Shown here in pieces: positions 20,401 to 27,854 of a stretch of DNA of 43,862 nt. Position numbers and translations under genes: made by a program. The DNA is from Alphaproteobacteria bacterium (GTDB taxonomy: Bacteria; Pseudomonadota; Alphaproteobacteria; CAAHEQ01; UBA3637). The stretch's first letter is position 1. Each line of letters starts with the position of its first letter. A model generated the notes under the pieces. That model saw only the letters and a list, made by a program, of their open reading frames with translations. It was not told where the DNA came from and did no database searches. Location of the stretch: the NCBI GenBank assembly GCA_045118155.1, contig JBGUXS010000010.1, forward strand, positions 1 to 43,862. The letters are read 5' to 3'.

Positions 20401-21183
20401 AGAATCTTTAATTGTTAATGTCCCATCCGAATAAATACCCCCCGCGTATGATGTAGCGGTATTTCCCGTAAATGTGGCGTTATTAATGGTTAGATCTCCA
20501 CCTGTATACCCAATTATGGCCCCTCCATAAACGGTTGCGTTATTATTTTTAAAGGTATCAACCCCATTAACCCCAGTGATTGTCGTTGTCCCAGAAGAGA
20601 ATAAGCTACCTCCATAAGAGGCCTCATTACCTTCAAAAGAAGCCCCAGTTATGGTTGCTGTTGTTGCAGTATAGATAGCCCCGCCATTTGTGGAGCTGTT
20701 ACCCGAGAAACTGGCCCCTTCATTGATTGTTAAAACGGCGGAACCGCCATCATTACTAATGGCTCCCCCTACACCGTTTGTTATGGGGGATGTGTTTCCC
20801 GTAAAAGAAGATTGTCCACTAATTGTAACCGTCCCCCCGTAATTATCAACTGCTCCCCCATACCCTGCGGTTGCTGTGTTCCCTGTGAAGGTAAAATCGT
20901 TAATATTTAATGTGCCACTATTTTCAATGGCTCCCCCATAACCAGCAGATAACCCTTCGGCATTGGCCCCAGTAAATTCAACCGTTTTCCCCGAAGCAAT
21001 TTCATAAGAATCCGTTAAGTCTGTATCAATAACGGCCCCATCTGCCGGATAAATTGTCGCTTTTGCGCCAGTAGTTAAAAGAGCAGAACTCATAAAAATT
21101 AATGCATTTAAATAAGCGCATTTTTTTAAAATACGTGTGTAGCTAGCGGATAATTCCCGTAAAGTTGTTTTTGAATATCTCAT
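17440..21183 (-). CDS. Autotransporter with Pmp-type (GGAI / FxxN) passenger repeats and a C-terminal beta-barrel
   Basis: At least a dozen GGA[ILV] motifs alternate with F(T/S/E)GN motifs across ~900 aa. The C-terminal ~280 aa is beta-barrel-like and ends ...KAKYAF. I prefer the start at MRYSKTT (21183), which is followed by a signal peptide ...LLTTGAKA. Confidence 0.85.
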   Translation of the reverse strand: MRYSKTTLRELSASYTRILKKCAYLNALIFMSSALLTTGAKATIYPADGAVIDTDLTDSYEIASGKTVEFTGANAEGLSAGYGGAIENSGTLNINDFTFTGNTATAGYGGAVDNYGGTVTISGQSSFTGNTSPITNGVGGAISNDGGSAVLTINEGASFSGNSSTNGGAIYTATTATITGASFEGNEASYGGSLFSSGTTTITGVNGVDTFKNNNATVYGGAIIGYTGGDLTINNATFTGNTATSYAGGIYSDGTLTIKDSIFDGNSAAQDGAVTDTSGATGGMCITNTIFQNNHANSVGALGLYSKNATSTLDNVQFISNSAINGGSGAAFVGAQGQVIINGAIFDSNTATLAGGAIGTRAHEVGDDSGAKLDISKTTFTGNTAGTNGGAISNYLYNDAAGDGYVKVTDSTFTSNSAENGGAIYNHKGTSQTGSVYLSNTTFTDNTATTAGGAIYNEGTLTLSGTQKFIGNTATLKGGAIYNSGTLTIGDGAFFQDNISLGEGSTLGHGSDIYNDHGIVVIGDNLTVERTSVPAGHDCAIYSPNGGDVTIGNNAKFTGIKEAVVVGGGTHVIGDNAIFTNNRSSINIHSTGTTFTLGKNALFENNPAWTLSTNDGSNATVRIGDGFTLQNNENISTSSSDNFALLYNGKGKSTFEFLGSSTFRNNLVHQNAGVIQNWSYIIFDGDATFENNNAAGNGSSTNGDGGALRNRYGSFAPTATFNGNATFTGNNANYRGGAIFNDKGQIAFNQKAIFENNTAAFGSAIFNDKGTITFESDATFSGNKDQGELNDIYNNQGTLTFKGNTTLDGGIAGSGTTIFTDTASLTVNGGTTTISNTVENQGASLSFVFDKNFSEDTYQLVTGSLDTEFTLNSNALFDITTTDTNGTYAIAKKSSENIAEAVVEAGGTANQAATIAAVATSDSDHPVAQALSESLQTNPSEATKAAEELAPDTSDNVMGVAQAVITLIADAATNRIDILGRSGGDTFTGGNVWVQGLYNHSKQDASQSTTGFKANTAGVAFGLDGKVNDALTLGVGYGYTYTHSHAGSRRLNIDGHNVFVYGAYQPDAWYVHTLAAYGFNPYEEKKAPMGVTFKSKYDVSTYALNVMTGYDFANGLSPEIGARYLLAKQDAYFDGLQRVASNNTDVLTGVVGVKYKTSVQAKDWTFKPTLRLAATYDLHSSDSTAHVTLPGGSSYQIVGERLKRFGVETGVGLETTLKDWTVGLEYTGNFRKDYQSHTGMLKAKYAF

Positions 21184-21272
21184 TTGTTCACTCCCATTTT
21201 CTGAATCAGACACCCTGATAGGGGGCATTATACGGTCAGAAAAGTAAATAAACGGTTAATAAAATAAAAAAC

Positions 21273-21301
21273 TTTACATTTTTTTCTAGAAAAGATATAC
21301 T
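21273..21301 (+). promoter_or_regulatory. Candidate sigma70-type promoter of gltX
   Basis: TTTACA-17 nt-TATACT, 25 nt upstream of the gltX ATG. Confidence 0.35.
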
Positions 21302-21325
21302 CTAAAGAAACTGAAAGGATTTTTT

Positions 21326-22969
21326 ATGACACCGGAAATTTTAGATTTGCTTTTTCCTAATAAATTGCCCTCTGTGGAAGAAATTGAAAGCCGTTATCCT
21401 CCACGACCAGAAGGGCAAATGGTGGTACGTATTGCCCCTAGCCCCACTGGCTATATGCATGTGGGAACCCTTTATGTGGCCTTATTGGATGAAAGAACAA
21501 TTCACCAGCGGGGAGGGGTGTTTTACCTGCGAATAGAAGATACCGATCAAGAACGGTATGTACCTGAAGCTGTCCCTATTATCTTAAAGGAGTTGGATCG
21601 TTATGGTTTAACCATAGATGAAGGACCCCAATTAGATGGAACAGAAAAGGGGGCTTATGGGCCCTATACCCAAAGCAAACGTAAAGAGATTTATCAAGCT
21701 TTTGTGAAAAAGTTGGTGGCTGAAGGCAAGGCCTATCCTTGTTTTTGTACACCGGAAGAACTTAACGTAACAAGGAAAGTTCAAGAAAAATTAGGGGTCC
21801 GACCAGGATATCACGGAAAGTATGCCAAATGCCGGAACTTAAGTGATTCCCAAATTTTAGAAAAGTTACATCAAGGTCTCCCTTTTGTAATTCGGTTGCG
21901 CACAACTGGGGATTATAACAAAAAACGTTCTTTCAAGGATTTGTTTAAAGGTGTTGTACAAATGCCTGAATATGATTTAGATATTGTGATTATGAAACAA
22001 GATGGATTGCCGACCTATCACCTTGCGCATCTAATAGATGATCACTTGATGGGAACGACGCATGTGACTAGAACTGATGAATGGCTGTCGTCTTTACCCC
22101 TGCATGTGCAATTGTTTGAAACAATGGGATGGAAAGTTCCAGAATACGCCCATTTTGCCCCAATTCAAAAGTTAGATAACGGGAACAAACGTAAGATTTC
22201 TAAACGTCATGATCCCGAAGCCAATGTGGCTTTCTTTGCCGAAAAAGGGTATCCCACCGGGGCATTGATAGAATATTTAATGAACTTAATTAGCTCTGGC
22301 TTTGAAGATTGGCGTAAGGCCAATCCAGATACCCCAGCCTTTGATTATCCTATTGGGTTTGATAAAGTAACCAATGTTGGGGGGGCTTTGTTTGATTTTG
22401 TGAAATTAAACAGTGTTTCTAAAGAAGTCATTGCCCGTATGACGGCTGAGGAAGTCTATCAAAACTTGCTAACTTGGGCAAAGGATTATAATCCAGAATT
22501 TTTAAAACGCCTTGAACAAAATAAGGATTATATCATACGTATTTTAGGAATTGAACGCCTTATTGGACCAAAATCAAGAAAAGACCTTATTAAATGGGAA
22601 GATGTACCGGCAGATATTGCGTTCTTTTTCAAGGAAGATTTACCATCTTATAAAGAACGGATTGCCGTATTGGAAGGTTTTGACTTGGTAGACATTCAAC
22701 AAATTGCCAAAGATTTTATAGCTACCTTTGATATAAACGACGATAAAGATACCTGGTTCGCTAAGGTTAAACAAGTTGGGGAAAGGTGTGGTTTTGCCCC
22801 CGATAACAAAACATATAAGCAAAATCCAACGGTTTATAAGGGCAACGTTTCGGATACTGCCAAAATCTTGCGGGTATTGGTAACTGGACGTACTCAAACC
22901 CCGGATTTGTGGTCTATTATGCAAATTTTAGGGAAAGACGAAGTCACAAGACGTTTAACGGCCGCTTAA
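21326..22969 (+). CDS. gltX: Glutamate--tRNA ligase (long form, 547 aa)
   Basis: Class I signatures RIAPSPTGYMHVGT and KISKR. The stretch YLRIEDTDQER is also present. Confidence 0.85.
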   Translation: MTPEILDLLFPNKLPSVEEIESRYPPRPEGQMVVRIAPSPTGYMHVGTLYVALLDERTIHQRGGVFYLRIEDTDQERYVPEAVPIILKELDRYGLTIDEGPQLDGTEKGAYGPYTQSKRKEIYQAFVKKLVAEGKAYPCFCTPEELNVTRKVQEKLGVRPGYHGKYAKCRNLSDSQILEKLHQGLPFVIRLRTTGDYNKKRSFKDLFKGVVQMPEYDLDIVIMKQDGLPTYHLAHLIDDHLMGTTHVTRTDEWLSSLPLHVQLFETMGWKVPEYAHFAPIQKLDNGNKRKISKRHDPEANVAFFAEKGYPTGALIEYLMNLISSGFEDWRKANPDTPAFDYPIGFDKVTNVGGALFDFVKLNSVSKEVIARMTAEEVYQNLLTWAKDYNPEFLKRLEQNKDYIIRILGIERLIGPKSRKDLIKWEDVPADIAFFFKEDLPSYKERIAVLEGFDLVDIQQIAKDFIATFDINDDKDTWFAKVKQVGERCGFAPDNKTYKQNPTVYKGNVSDTAKILRVLVTGRTQTPDLWSIMQILGKDEVTRRLTAA

Positions 22970-23428
22970 TTATTTTTTACCGGCCAGTGATTTAGCTAAT
23001 TCCAAAAGATGTTTTTTGACGGCATCTTCTTTGATTTGTAGGTAAGCGCGGATAAGCTCAGTCAATTCATCTTCTTTTTCAGATTCTGATTGAGGGGACG
23101 TGTTTTTATTGCCCTTTTTAGGGGCTGCAAACTGTAAAACATCCCCGTTTTGAACAAGATCTTCAAAGAAAAAGGACACAGGAACATCTAGGGCATTAGC
23201 TAAATCCCATAAACGAGAGGAACTAACCCTGTCTTTTCCGGTTTCGTATTTTTGAACCTGTTGAAAAGTGATCCCTAACTTTTTAGCCAATTCTTCTTGA
23301 GTGAGGCGCAACATACCTCGCCGCAATTTAATCCGAAATCCAACTTTTCCATCCACATGATTTTCTAGCATCTTTTTGTTAAAAGAAGTAGGGGATTCTT
23401 TAGTTGATGGTGTTGTTTTAGTAGTCAT
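22970..23428 (-). CDS. XRE-family helix-turn-helix transcriptional regulator
   Basis: LTQEELAKKLGITFQQVQKYETGKDRVSSSRLWDLANAL is a canonical HTH_XRE segment. The gene is convergent with gltX with no spacer. Confidence 0.8.
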   Translation of the reverse strand: MTTKTTPSTKESPTSFNKKMLENHVDGKVGFRIKLRRGMLRLTQEELAKKLGITFQQVQKYETGKDRVSSSRLWDLANALDVPVSFFFEDLVQNGDVLQFAAPKKGNKNTSPQSESEKEDELTELIRAYLQIKEDAVKKHLLELAKSLAGKK

Positions 23429-23530
23429 TTGATATCCTTCCGCCTAATATCAGTTAAGAAAAACATACAATATAACTCATCCCCTGTCAATACGATTTTA
23501 TGTATTTTAGACGAAAGTTATAAAAATGAC

Positions 23531-23558
23531 TTGATTTTAAAAATATTCCTGTTATGAT
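23531..23558 (+). promoter_or_regulatory. Candidate promoter of tRNA-Pro
   Basis: TTGATT-16 nt-TATGAT, ending 11 nt before the tRNA 5' end. Confidence 0.4.
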
Positions 23559-23569
23559 GAGTGGATAAT

Positions 23570-23646
23570 CGGAATGTAGCTCAGCCTGGTAGAGCACTAC
23601 GTTCGGGACGTAGGGGTCGTAGGTTCAAATCCTGTCATTCCGACCA
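23570..23646 (+). tRNA. tRNA-Pro (anticodon CGG), CCA encoded
   Basis: Hand-folded cloverleaf: acceptor CGGAATG/CATTCCG, D arm GCTC..GAGC, anticodon stem CTACG/CGTAG with loop TTCGGGA (CGG, G37), T arm GTAGG-TTCAAAT-CCTGT, discriminator A, CCA. Total 77 nt. Confidence 0.9.
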
Positions 23647-23650
23647 TAAT

Positions 23651-23683
23651 ATAAAAGGCGGTGTTAAACACCGCCTTTTATAT
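23651..23683 (+). terminator. Terminator hairpin after tRNA-Pro
   Basis: aaaaggcggtg-ttaaa-caccgcctttt stem-loop with a T-rich tail. Confidence 0.6.
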
Positions 23684-23801
23684 TATGAACGCAGTGCGTT
23701 AGGTTTGAACCTATGAAAGAAGTAGGTTCCTCCCGCCGAAAAAAGGCGATTGAAAAAGCGCCGTTTTTACAAAGTAAAATTTTTCAAGGGTAGCGAAGCA
23801 T

Positions 23802-23820
23802 AATCCTGTCATTCCGACCA
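23802..23820 (+). repeat. Exact 19-nt direct repeat of the tRNA-Pro 3' end (att-like core)
   Basis: aatcctgtcattccgacca is identical at 23628-23646 (inside the tRNA) and at 23802-23820. Confidence 0.85.
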
Positions 23821-23858
23821 CTTAAAAAGGCCACCAAAGCGTGGCCTTTTTAAGTGGT
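23817..23858 (+). terminator. Long hairpin following the second tRNA-3'-end copy
   Basis: accacttaaaaaggccac-caaagc-gtggcctttttaagtggt, an 18-bp stem. It occupies the same position relative to the repeat as the terminator after the intact tRNA, but has a different sequence. Confidence 0.5.
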
Positions 23859-23903
23859 AAGAAGGGTAGGTGAATGAACCTACTGTTCGACCGAAGTCCA
23901 TAA

Positions 23904-23971
23904 GGACGTAGGTAACGCCGTCAGGCGGCCCCGAGCAAAGCGAGGTGAGGGGGGCTGAATAAATCCTGTCA
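23904..23971 (+). pseudogene. Degenerate tRNA-Pro 3'-half remnant
   Basis: ggacgtagg (matches tRNA 23606-23614), then ~48 nt of unrelated GC-rich sequence, then aaatcctgtca (matches tRNA 23627-23637). Confidence 0.4.
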
Positions 23972-24047
23972 AAAAAAGCCATCTAGCCATAACAATCCCC
24001 CTATAAGTATTTTTTTATCCCCTGTTAAAACATCTTATAAATAATGC

Positions 24048-24076
24048 TTGATTTTTAGGGGCTCTTTGGATATCAT
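24048..24076 (+). promoter_or_regulatory. Candidate promoter of the NifU-like/GGGtGRT operon
   Basis: TTGATT-17 nt-TATCAT, about 30 nt upstream of the ATG at 24109. Confidence 0.35.
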
Positions 24077-24108
24077 AGGCTTGTTATTTTTTTAGAAAGG
24101 ATGCAAAT

Positions 24109-24813
24109 ATGGATTGTAAATACCAATGTACACCGGCTGTGGCAAATATGTGCCCTATTGCCAAAGGTGTTCATCATAAAAGCGCCCCTATCCCAGAAGA
24201 AGGGAAGTGGGTCAGTTCCAAACAAATCAGTGATATTTCCGGTTTAACACATGGATGTGGGTGTTGCGCCCCGCAACAAGGGACATGTAAATTGACCCTG
24301 AATGTTAAAGATGGGGTAATTCAAGAAGCTTTGGTGGAAACAATTGGGTGTTCTGGGATGACACACTCAGCGGCAATGGCGGCTGAAATTCTGCCAGGTA
24401 AAACTATTTTAGAAGCATTAAACACAGACCTTGTTTGTGATGCTATCAACGTTGCTATGCGAGAATTGTTCTTGCAAATCGTTTACGGGCGGACACAAAC
24501 GGCATTTTCCGAAAATGGGTTACCTATTGGGGCCGGTATGGAAGATTTAGGTAAAGGTTTGCGTTCTATGGTTGGCACAATGTATTCCACGACCGTCAAA
24601 GGACCACGGTATTTGGAAATGACCGAAGGGTATGTGTTAGAGCAGGGCTTAGATGAAAACAATGAAATCATTGGGTACAAGTTTGTCCATGTTGGTAAGA
24701 TGCTAGAGGCCATCCGTAATGGTGTTTCCCCAGAAGAAGCCTTTAAGCAAAACGTCAAAACCTATGGACGTTTTGATGAAGCCGTTAAAAAAGTTGACCC
24801 GAGAAAGGAGTAA
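24109..24813 (+). CDS. IscU/NifU-N-like Fe-S scaffold-type protein with extra N-terminal Cys cluster and C-terminal extension
   Basis: The core GCGCCAPQQGTCKLTLNVKDGVIQEALVETIGCSGMTHSAAMAAEILPGKTILEAL aligns by eye with IscU (GAPACGDVMKL..DG.I.DA.F.T.GCGSAIASSS...GK...EA). Additional Cys residues are at C3, C7 and C15. Confidence 0.7.
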   Translation: MDCKYQCTPAVANMCPIAKGVHHKSAPIPEEGKWVSSKQISDISGLTHGCGCCAPQQGTCKLTLNVKDGVIQEALVETIGCSGMTHSAAMAAEILPGKTILEALNTDLVCDAINVAMRELFLQIVYGRTQTAFSENGLPIGAGMEDLGKGLRSMVGTMYSTTVKGPRYLEMTEGYVLEQGLDENNEIIGYKFVHVGKMLEAIRNGVSPEEAFKQNVKTYGRFDEAVKKVDPRKE

Positions 24814-24816
24814 ATC

Positions 24817-25815
24817 ATGGTGGAATTTGAAGGTTATGAACGTCGGATTGATAAAATCAATCAAATTCTGGCGGAAAATGGATTTAAAGATTTGGAAGAA
24901 GCCAAAGCTTTATGCGAATCAAAAGGGATTGATGTTGCTAAATTAGTTAAAGGAATTCAACCCATTGCTTTTGAAAATGCCGTTTGGGCTTATACTCTTG
25001 GGGCAGCCTTAGCAATTAAAAAAGGTGTTAAAACGGCCTCAGAAGCGGCTAAAATGCTAGGGATTGGGTTACAAGCTTTCTGTGTTCCTGGTTCTGTTGC
25101 TGATCAACGAAAAGTTGGCTTGGGGCATGGTAATTTAGCCGCTATGCTTTTAAGTGAAGAAAGCAAATGCTTCTGCTTTTTAGCTGGGCACGAATCCTTT
25201 GCCGCGGCCGAAGGGGCTATCGGTATTGCTAGATCTGCAAACAAAGTTCGCAAAGAACCCCTTCGCGTTATTTTAAACGGGTTAGGGAAGGATGCAGCCT
25301 ATATTATTTCCCGTATTAATGGATTTACTTTTGTTGAAACAGAGTATGACTATTATACAGGCGAATTAAAAATCGTTTCCGAAAAGCCTTTTTCAACTGG
25401 AGATAAGGCCAAAGTTCGTTGTTATGGTGCCGATGATGTGAACGAAGGGGTCGCCATTATGATTAAAGAAGGTGTGGATGTGTCCATTACTGGAAATTCA
25501 ACTAATCCAACACGTTTCCAACATCCTGTGGCAGGAACTTATAAGAAGTGGGCTACAGAAAATGGTCGGAAGTACTTTTCAGTGGCCAGTGGTGGTGGTA
25601 CAGGTCGGACCTTGCATCCAGATAATGTAGCCGCTGGTCCTGCATCTTATGGGATGACAGATACCATGGGAAGGATGCATTCAGACGCACAATTTGCGGG
25701 ATCTTCATCGGTTCCAGCACATGTGGAAATGATGGGGCTAATCGGTATGGGAAACAACCCAATGGTCGGGGCCTCGGTAGCGGTCGCTGTTGCTGTTGAA
25801 GAAGCATTAAAGTAA
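24817..25815 (+). CDS. GGGtGRT-family protein (function unknown)
   Basis: Contains the eponymous motif SVASGGGTGRTLHPD. Its 332-aa length is typical of the family. It lies 3 nt downstream of the NifU-like gene. Confidence 0.8.
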   Translation: MVEFEGYERRIDKINQILAENGFKDLEEAKALCESKGIDVAKLVKGIQPIAFENAVWAYTLGAALAIKKGVKTASEAAKMLGIGLQAFCVPGSVADQRKVGLGHGNLAAMLLSEESKCFCFLAGHESFAAAEGAIGIARSANKVRKEPLRVILNGLGKDAAYIISRINGFTFVETEYDYYTGELKIVSEKPFSTGDKAKVRCYGADDVNEGVAIMIKEGVDVSITGNSTNPTRFQHPVAGTYKKWATENGRKYFSVASGGGTGRTLHPDNVAAGPASYGMTDTMGRMHSDAQFAGSSSVPAHVEMMGLIGMGNNPMVGASVAVAVAVEEALK

Positions 25816-25834
25816 AGGTTTGATGTTATAAAAT

Positions 25835-25866
25835 GCCCCCTAATCTTAAGGGGGCGTTTTTTTATA
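25835..25866 (+). terminator. Rho-independent terminator of the GGGtGRT operon
   Basis: gccccct-aatctta-agggggc followed by a T-run. Confidence 0.7.
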
Positions 25867-25870
25867 AATA

Positions 25871-25899
25871 AAAAAAACAGGTCATCAAAAGATGACCTG
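25871..25899 (-). terminator. Rho-independent terminator of the FadL-like gene
   Basis: caggtcatc-aaaa-gatgacctg stem. The a-run at 25871-25877 gives a T-run on the minus strand. Confidence 0.7.
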
Positions 25900-25917
25900 T
25901 TTTGATAAAAAGTCCTG

Positions 25918-27150
25918 TTAGAACTTATATTGGAATTGAAGGGCATAAATATTAGCCCGCAATTTTTTGAACTTAACGGCCCGTGTTTGACCCAAAGTAT
26001 CTGGTTCATAAGCCGTTGCTGTTCGTCCGAACATGTGAGCATACCCCATATCAATCTGCCATGTATCCATAATATAGGATAACCCACAAGCCGCCCAAAA
26101 CCGGTCATTATCTGGAATCCGAATTGTCCTGCGGTTAGCATTATGAGACGGGCTTTCATCCCATCCCCCCCCGATACGGAAGGTCCAATTTGGATTGTAA
26201 TAATAATCCACCCCCCCTAAGAATGTCCAACTGCTTTTCCACTTGTAATGTGAAGTTCTGTTTCCAATAACGGGATTTTCAGATTCAAGTGTAAATCTTT
26301 TGAAAGATCTAGTCCAATCCGTCCATTTAGCCGTTGCTGAAAGCCCAAACTTATTAATCCGATGATAACCAGAAAAGGTAATAAATTGGGGTAAATCAGG
26401 GGAAGCCCGTCCAGTGTACGTTCCATTCATAAGCGAAGCATAAGGGCTTTGGTTACCACGAGTTTTATGATCGCCTTTGGCTTGTTGAGTACTTCTAGCA
26501 TGATACGCCAAGCCAAAACGGGTATTTTCTGTAGGTTGATATAAAACCCCGAAACTACCAGTTACGGCCCATCCATCTAGGTCGTAATCTGTATATCCGC
26601 CCCCGACAGCTGGATTAATATTAGAGGTCATATGCCCACGAATATACCGTACAATAGCAGCCGCCCCAATTGACCAATGTTGATTGAGCTTATATGAAAT
26701 AGCCGGTGAAAAGTCAATCATTTCTAGCTCTGAAAACCTAGCCATATCTGACACAAACGAATCGTGTTTGTATCGTGTGGCAAGACCGTAAGGGGCATAA
26801 ATACCAAATCCCACGTCTACCCGATCATTGATTTTGTATTGAGCAAAGATATGGGGCACAGGCGCATACACTTTCATTTGTGTATGTCTGTGTGGTGGTG
26901 TTAATTCCTTCACGTTCGTTTTTAAATTAACAAGCGTCACACCGGTTTGAAAACCGCTTTTTTTCATCAGGCTCATCCCCGCGGGATTAAAAGCTAGGGC
27001 AGAATAATCATCCCCTACAATCCCTTGGCCAGCAAATGCCCGACCCAACCCTGTGACAGAGTATTCTTGGAGCTGGTACCCCCCTGCGTGGACAGCTGAA
27101 CAAACAAAAACCAGCCCCGTTGCAAAGAGTTTATTGATACATTTTTTCAT
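25918..27150 (-). CDS. FadL/OmpP1/Toluene_X-family outer-membrane transport protein
   Basis: Signal peptide ending AVHA, the N-terminal hatch motif GGYQLQEYSVTGLGRAFAG...NPAG, and a C-terminal aromatic residue (..FQYKF). Confidence 0.8.
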   Translation of the reverse strand: MKKCINKLFATGLVFVCSAVHAGGYQLQEYSVTGLGRAFAGQGIVGDDYSALAFNPAGMSLMKKSGFQTGVTLVNLKTNVKELTPPHRHTQMKVYAPVPHIFAQYKINDRVDVGFGIYAPYGLATRYKHDSFVSDMARFSELEMIDFSPAISYKLNQHWSIGAAAIVRYIRGHMTSNINPAVGGGYTDYDLDGWAVTGSFGVLYQPTENTRFGLAYHARSTQQAKGDHKTRGNQSPYASLMNGTYTGRASPDLPQFITFSGYHRINKFGLSATAKWTDWTRSFKRFTLESENPVIGNRTSHYKWKSSWTFLGGVDYYYNPNWTFRIGGGWDESPSHNANRRTIRIPDNDRFWAACGLSYIMDTWQIDMGYAHMFGRTATAYEPDTLGQTRAVKFKKLRANIYALQFQYKF

Positions 27151-27263
27151 TGTTTTTTCCTTATATTAATTAAAAACATCAAGGAAAATAACACATCCAA
27201 AAGGGCTTTGCAACAAAAATTTCATATTTTTGTCATAAAAAAGACATATTTCAGTATAAGACC

Positions 27264-27854
27264 TTATTTTTTCATAATTTTTTTTAGGTCTTCGGCAATG
27301 TTATAAACGGGCAACCCAACAATGTTTGGATAAGAACCGTGTATACGTTTAACCAAAGCCGATAGCATGCCCTCTATCTTATAAGCAGCGACATTTTTCC
27401 ATTCACCGGCTTGAATTAAAGCTTCAATTTCATCTTCAGTCATCTTTTTTAAAACAACGCGAGTTTTAATAACCCGATTAATAGGTTTATGACCGGGGGC
27501 ACAAATGGCATACCCCGTCATAGCAATATGGTGACTTCCTGACAAAAGATGTAAGTTATGCCGGGCTTCTTCAGGGGAATCCGCTTTACGGATAATCTCT
27601 TTTCTGGCAACAATAACAGTATCCGCCCCAATAACAAAAGCGTCTGGGTTTTTCTTAGCAACTTCTTGTGCTTTAGCCAAAGCAACACGTTTAACGTAAT
27701 GTGTAGCCTTTTCTTTGGGAAAGATATCCTCATTAATATCAGCATCTTGCGTAGAAACAGGAGAAAAACCTGCGTTTTCAATTAACCTTTTTCTAAAAGA
27801 TGATTTAGAAGCCAAAATTAGCTGTCCTTTTAGCCCCCAAGCATTTTGTATCAT
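27264..27854 (-). CDS. maf: Maf-like nucleoside triphosphate pyrophosphatase
   Basis: LILASKSSFRKRLIENAG, GADTVI and AYKIEG motifs, 196 aa. Confidence 0.85.
   Translation of the reverse strand: MIQNAWGLKGQLILASKSSFRKRLIENAGFSPVSTQDADINEDIFPKEKATHYVKRVALAKAQEVAKKNPDAFVIGADTVIVARKEIIRKADSPEEARHNLHLLSGSHHIAMTGYAICAPGHKPINRVIKTRVVLKKMTEDEIEALIQAGEWKNVAAYKIEGMLSALVKRIHGSYPNIVGLPVYNIAEDLKKIMKK

Noticed and set aside
23561-23569. DnaA-box-like TTATCCACT (minus strand) just before tRNA-Pro
   Set aside because: It is a single imperfect box overlapping the predicted tRNA promoter region, which is most likely chance.
25647-26159. 170-aa minus-strand ORF spanning the GGGtGRT 3' end, two terminators and the FadL 3' end
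   Set aside because: It crosses two strong terminator hairpins and overlaps two well-supported genes. The translation has no recognisable features.
25918-27150. FadL-like porin as the missing AaxA partner of aaxBC
   Set aside because: It is 7 kb away and on an unrelated transcription unit. Its N-terminal hatch motif is FadL/Toluene_X-type, not AaxA-like. There is no evidence of linkage.
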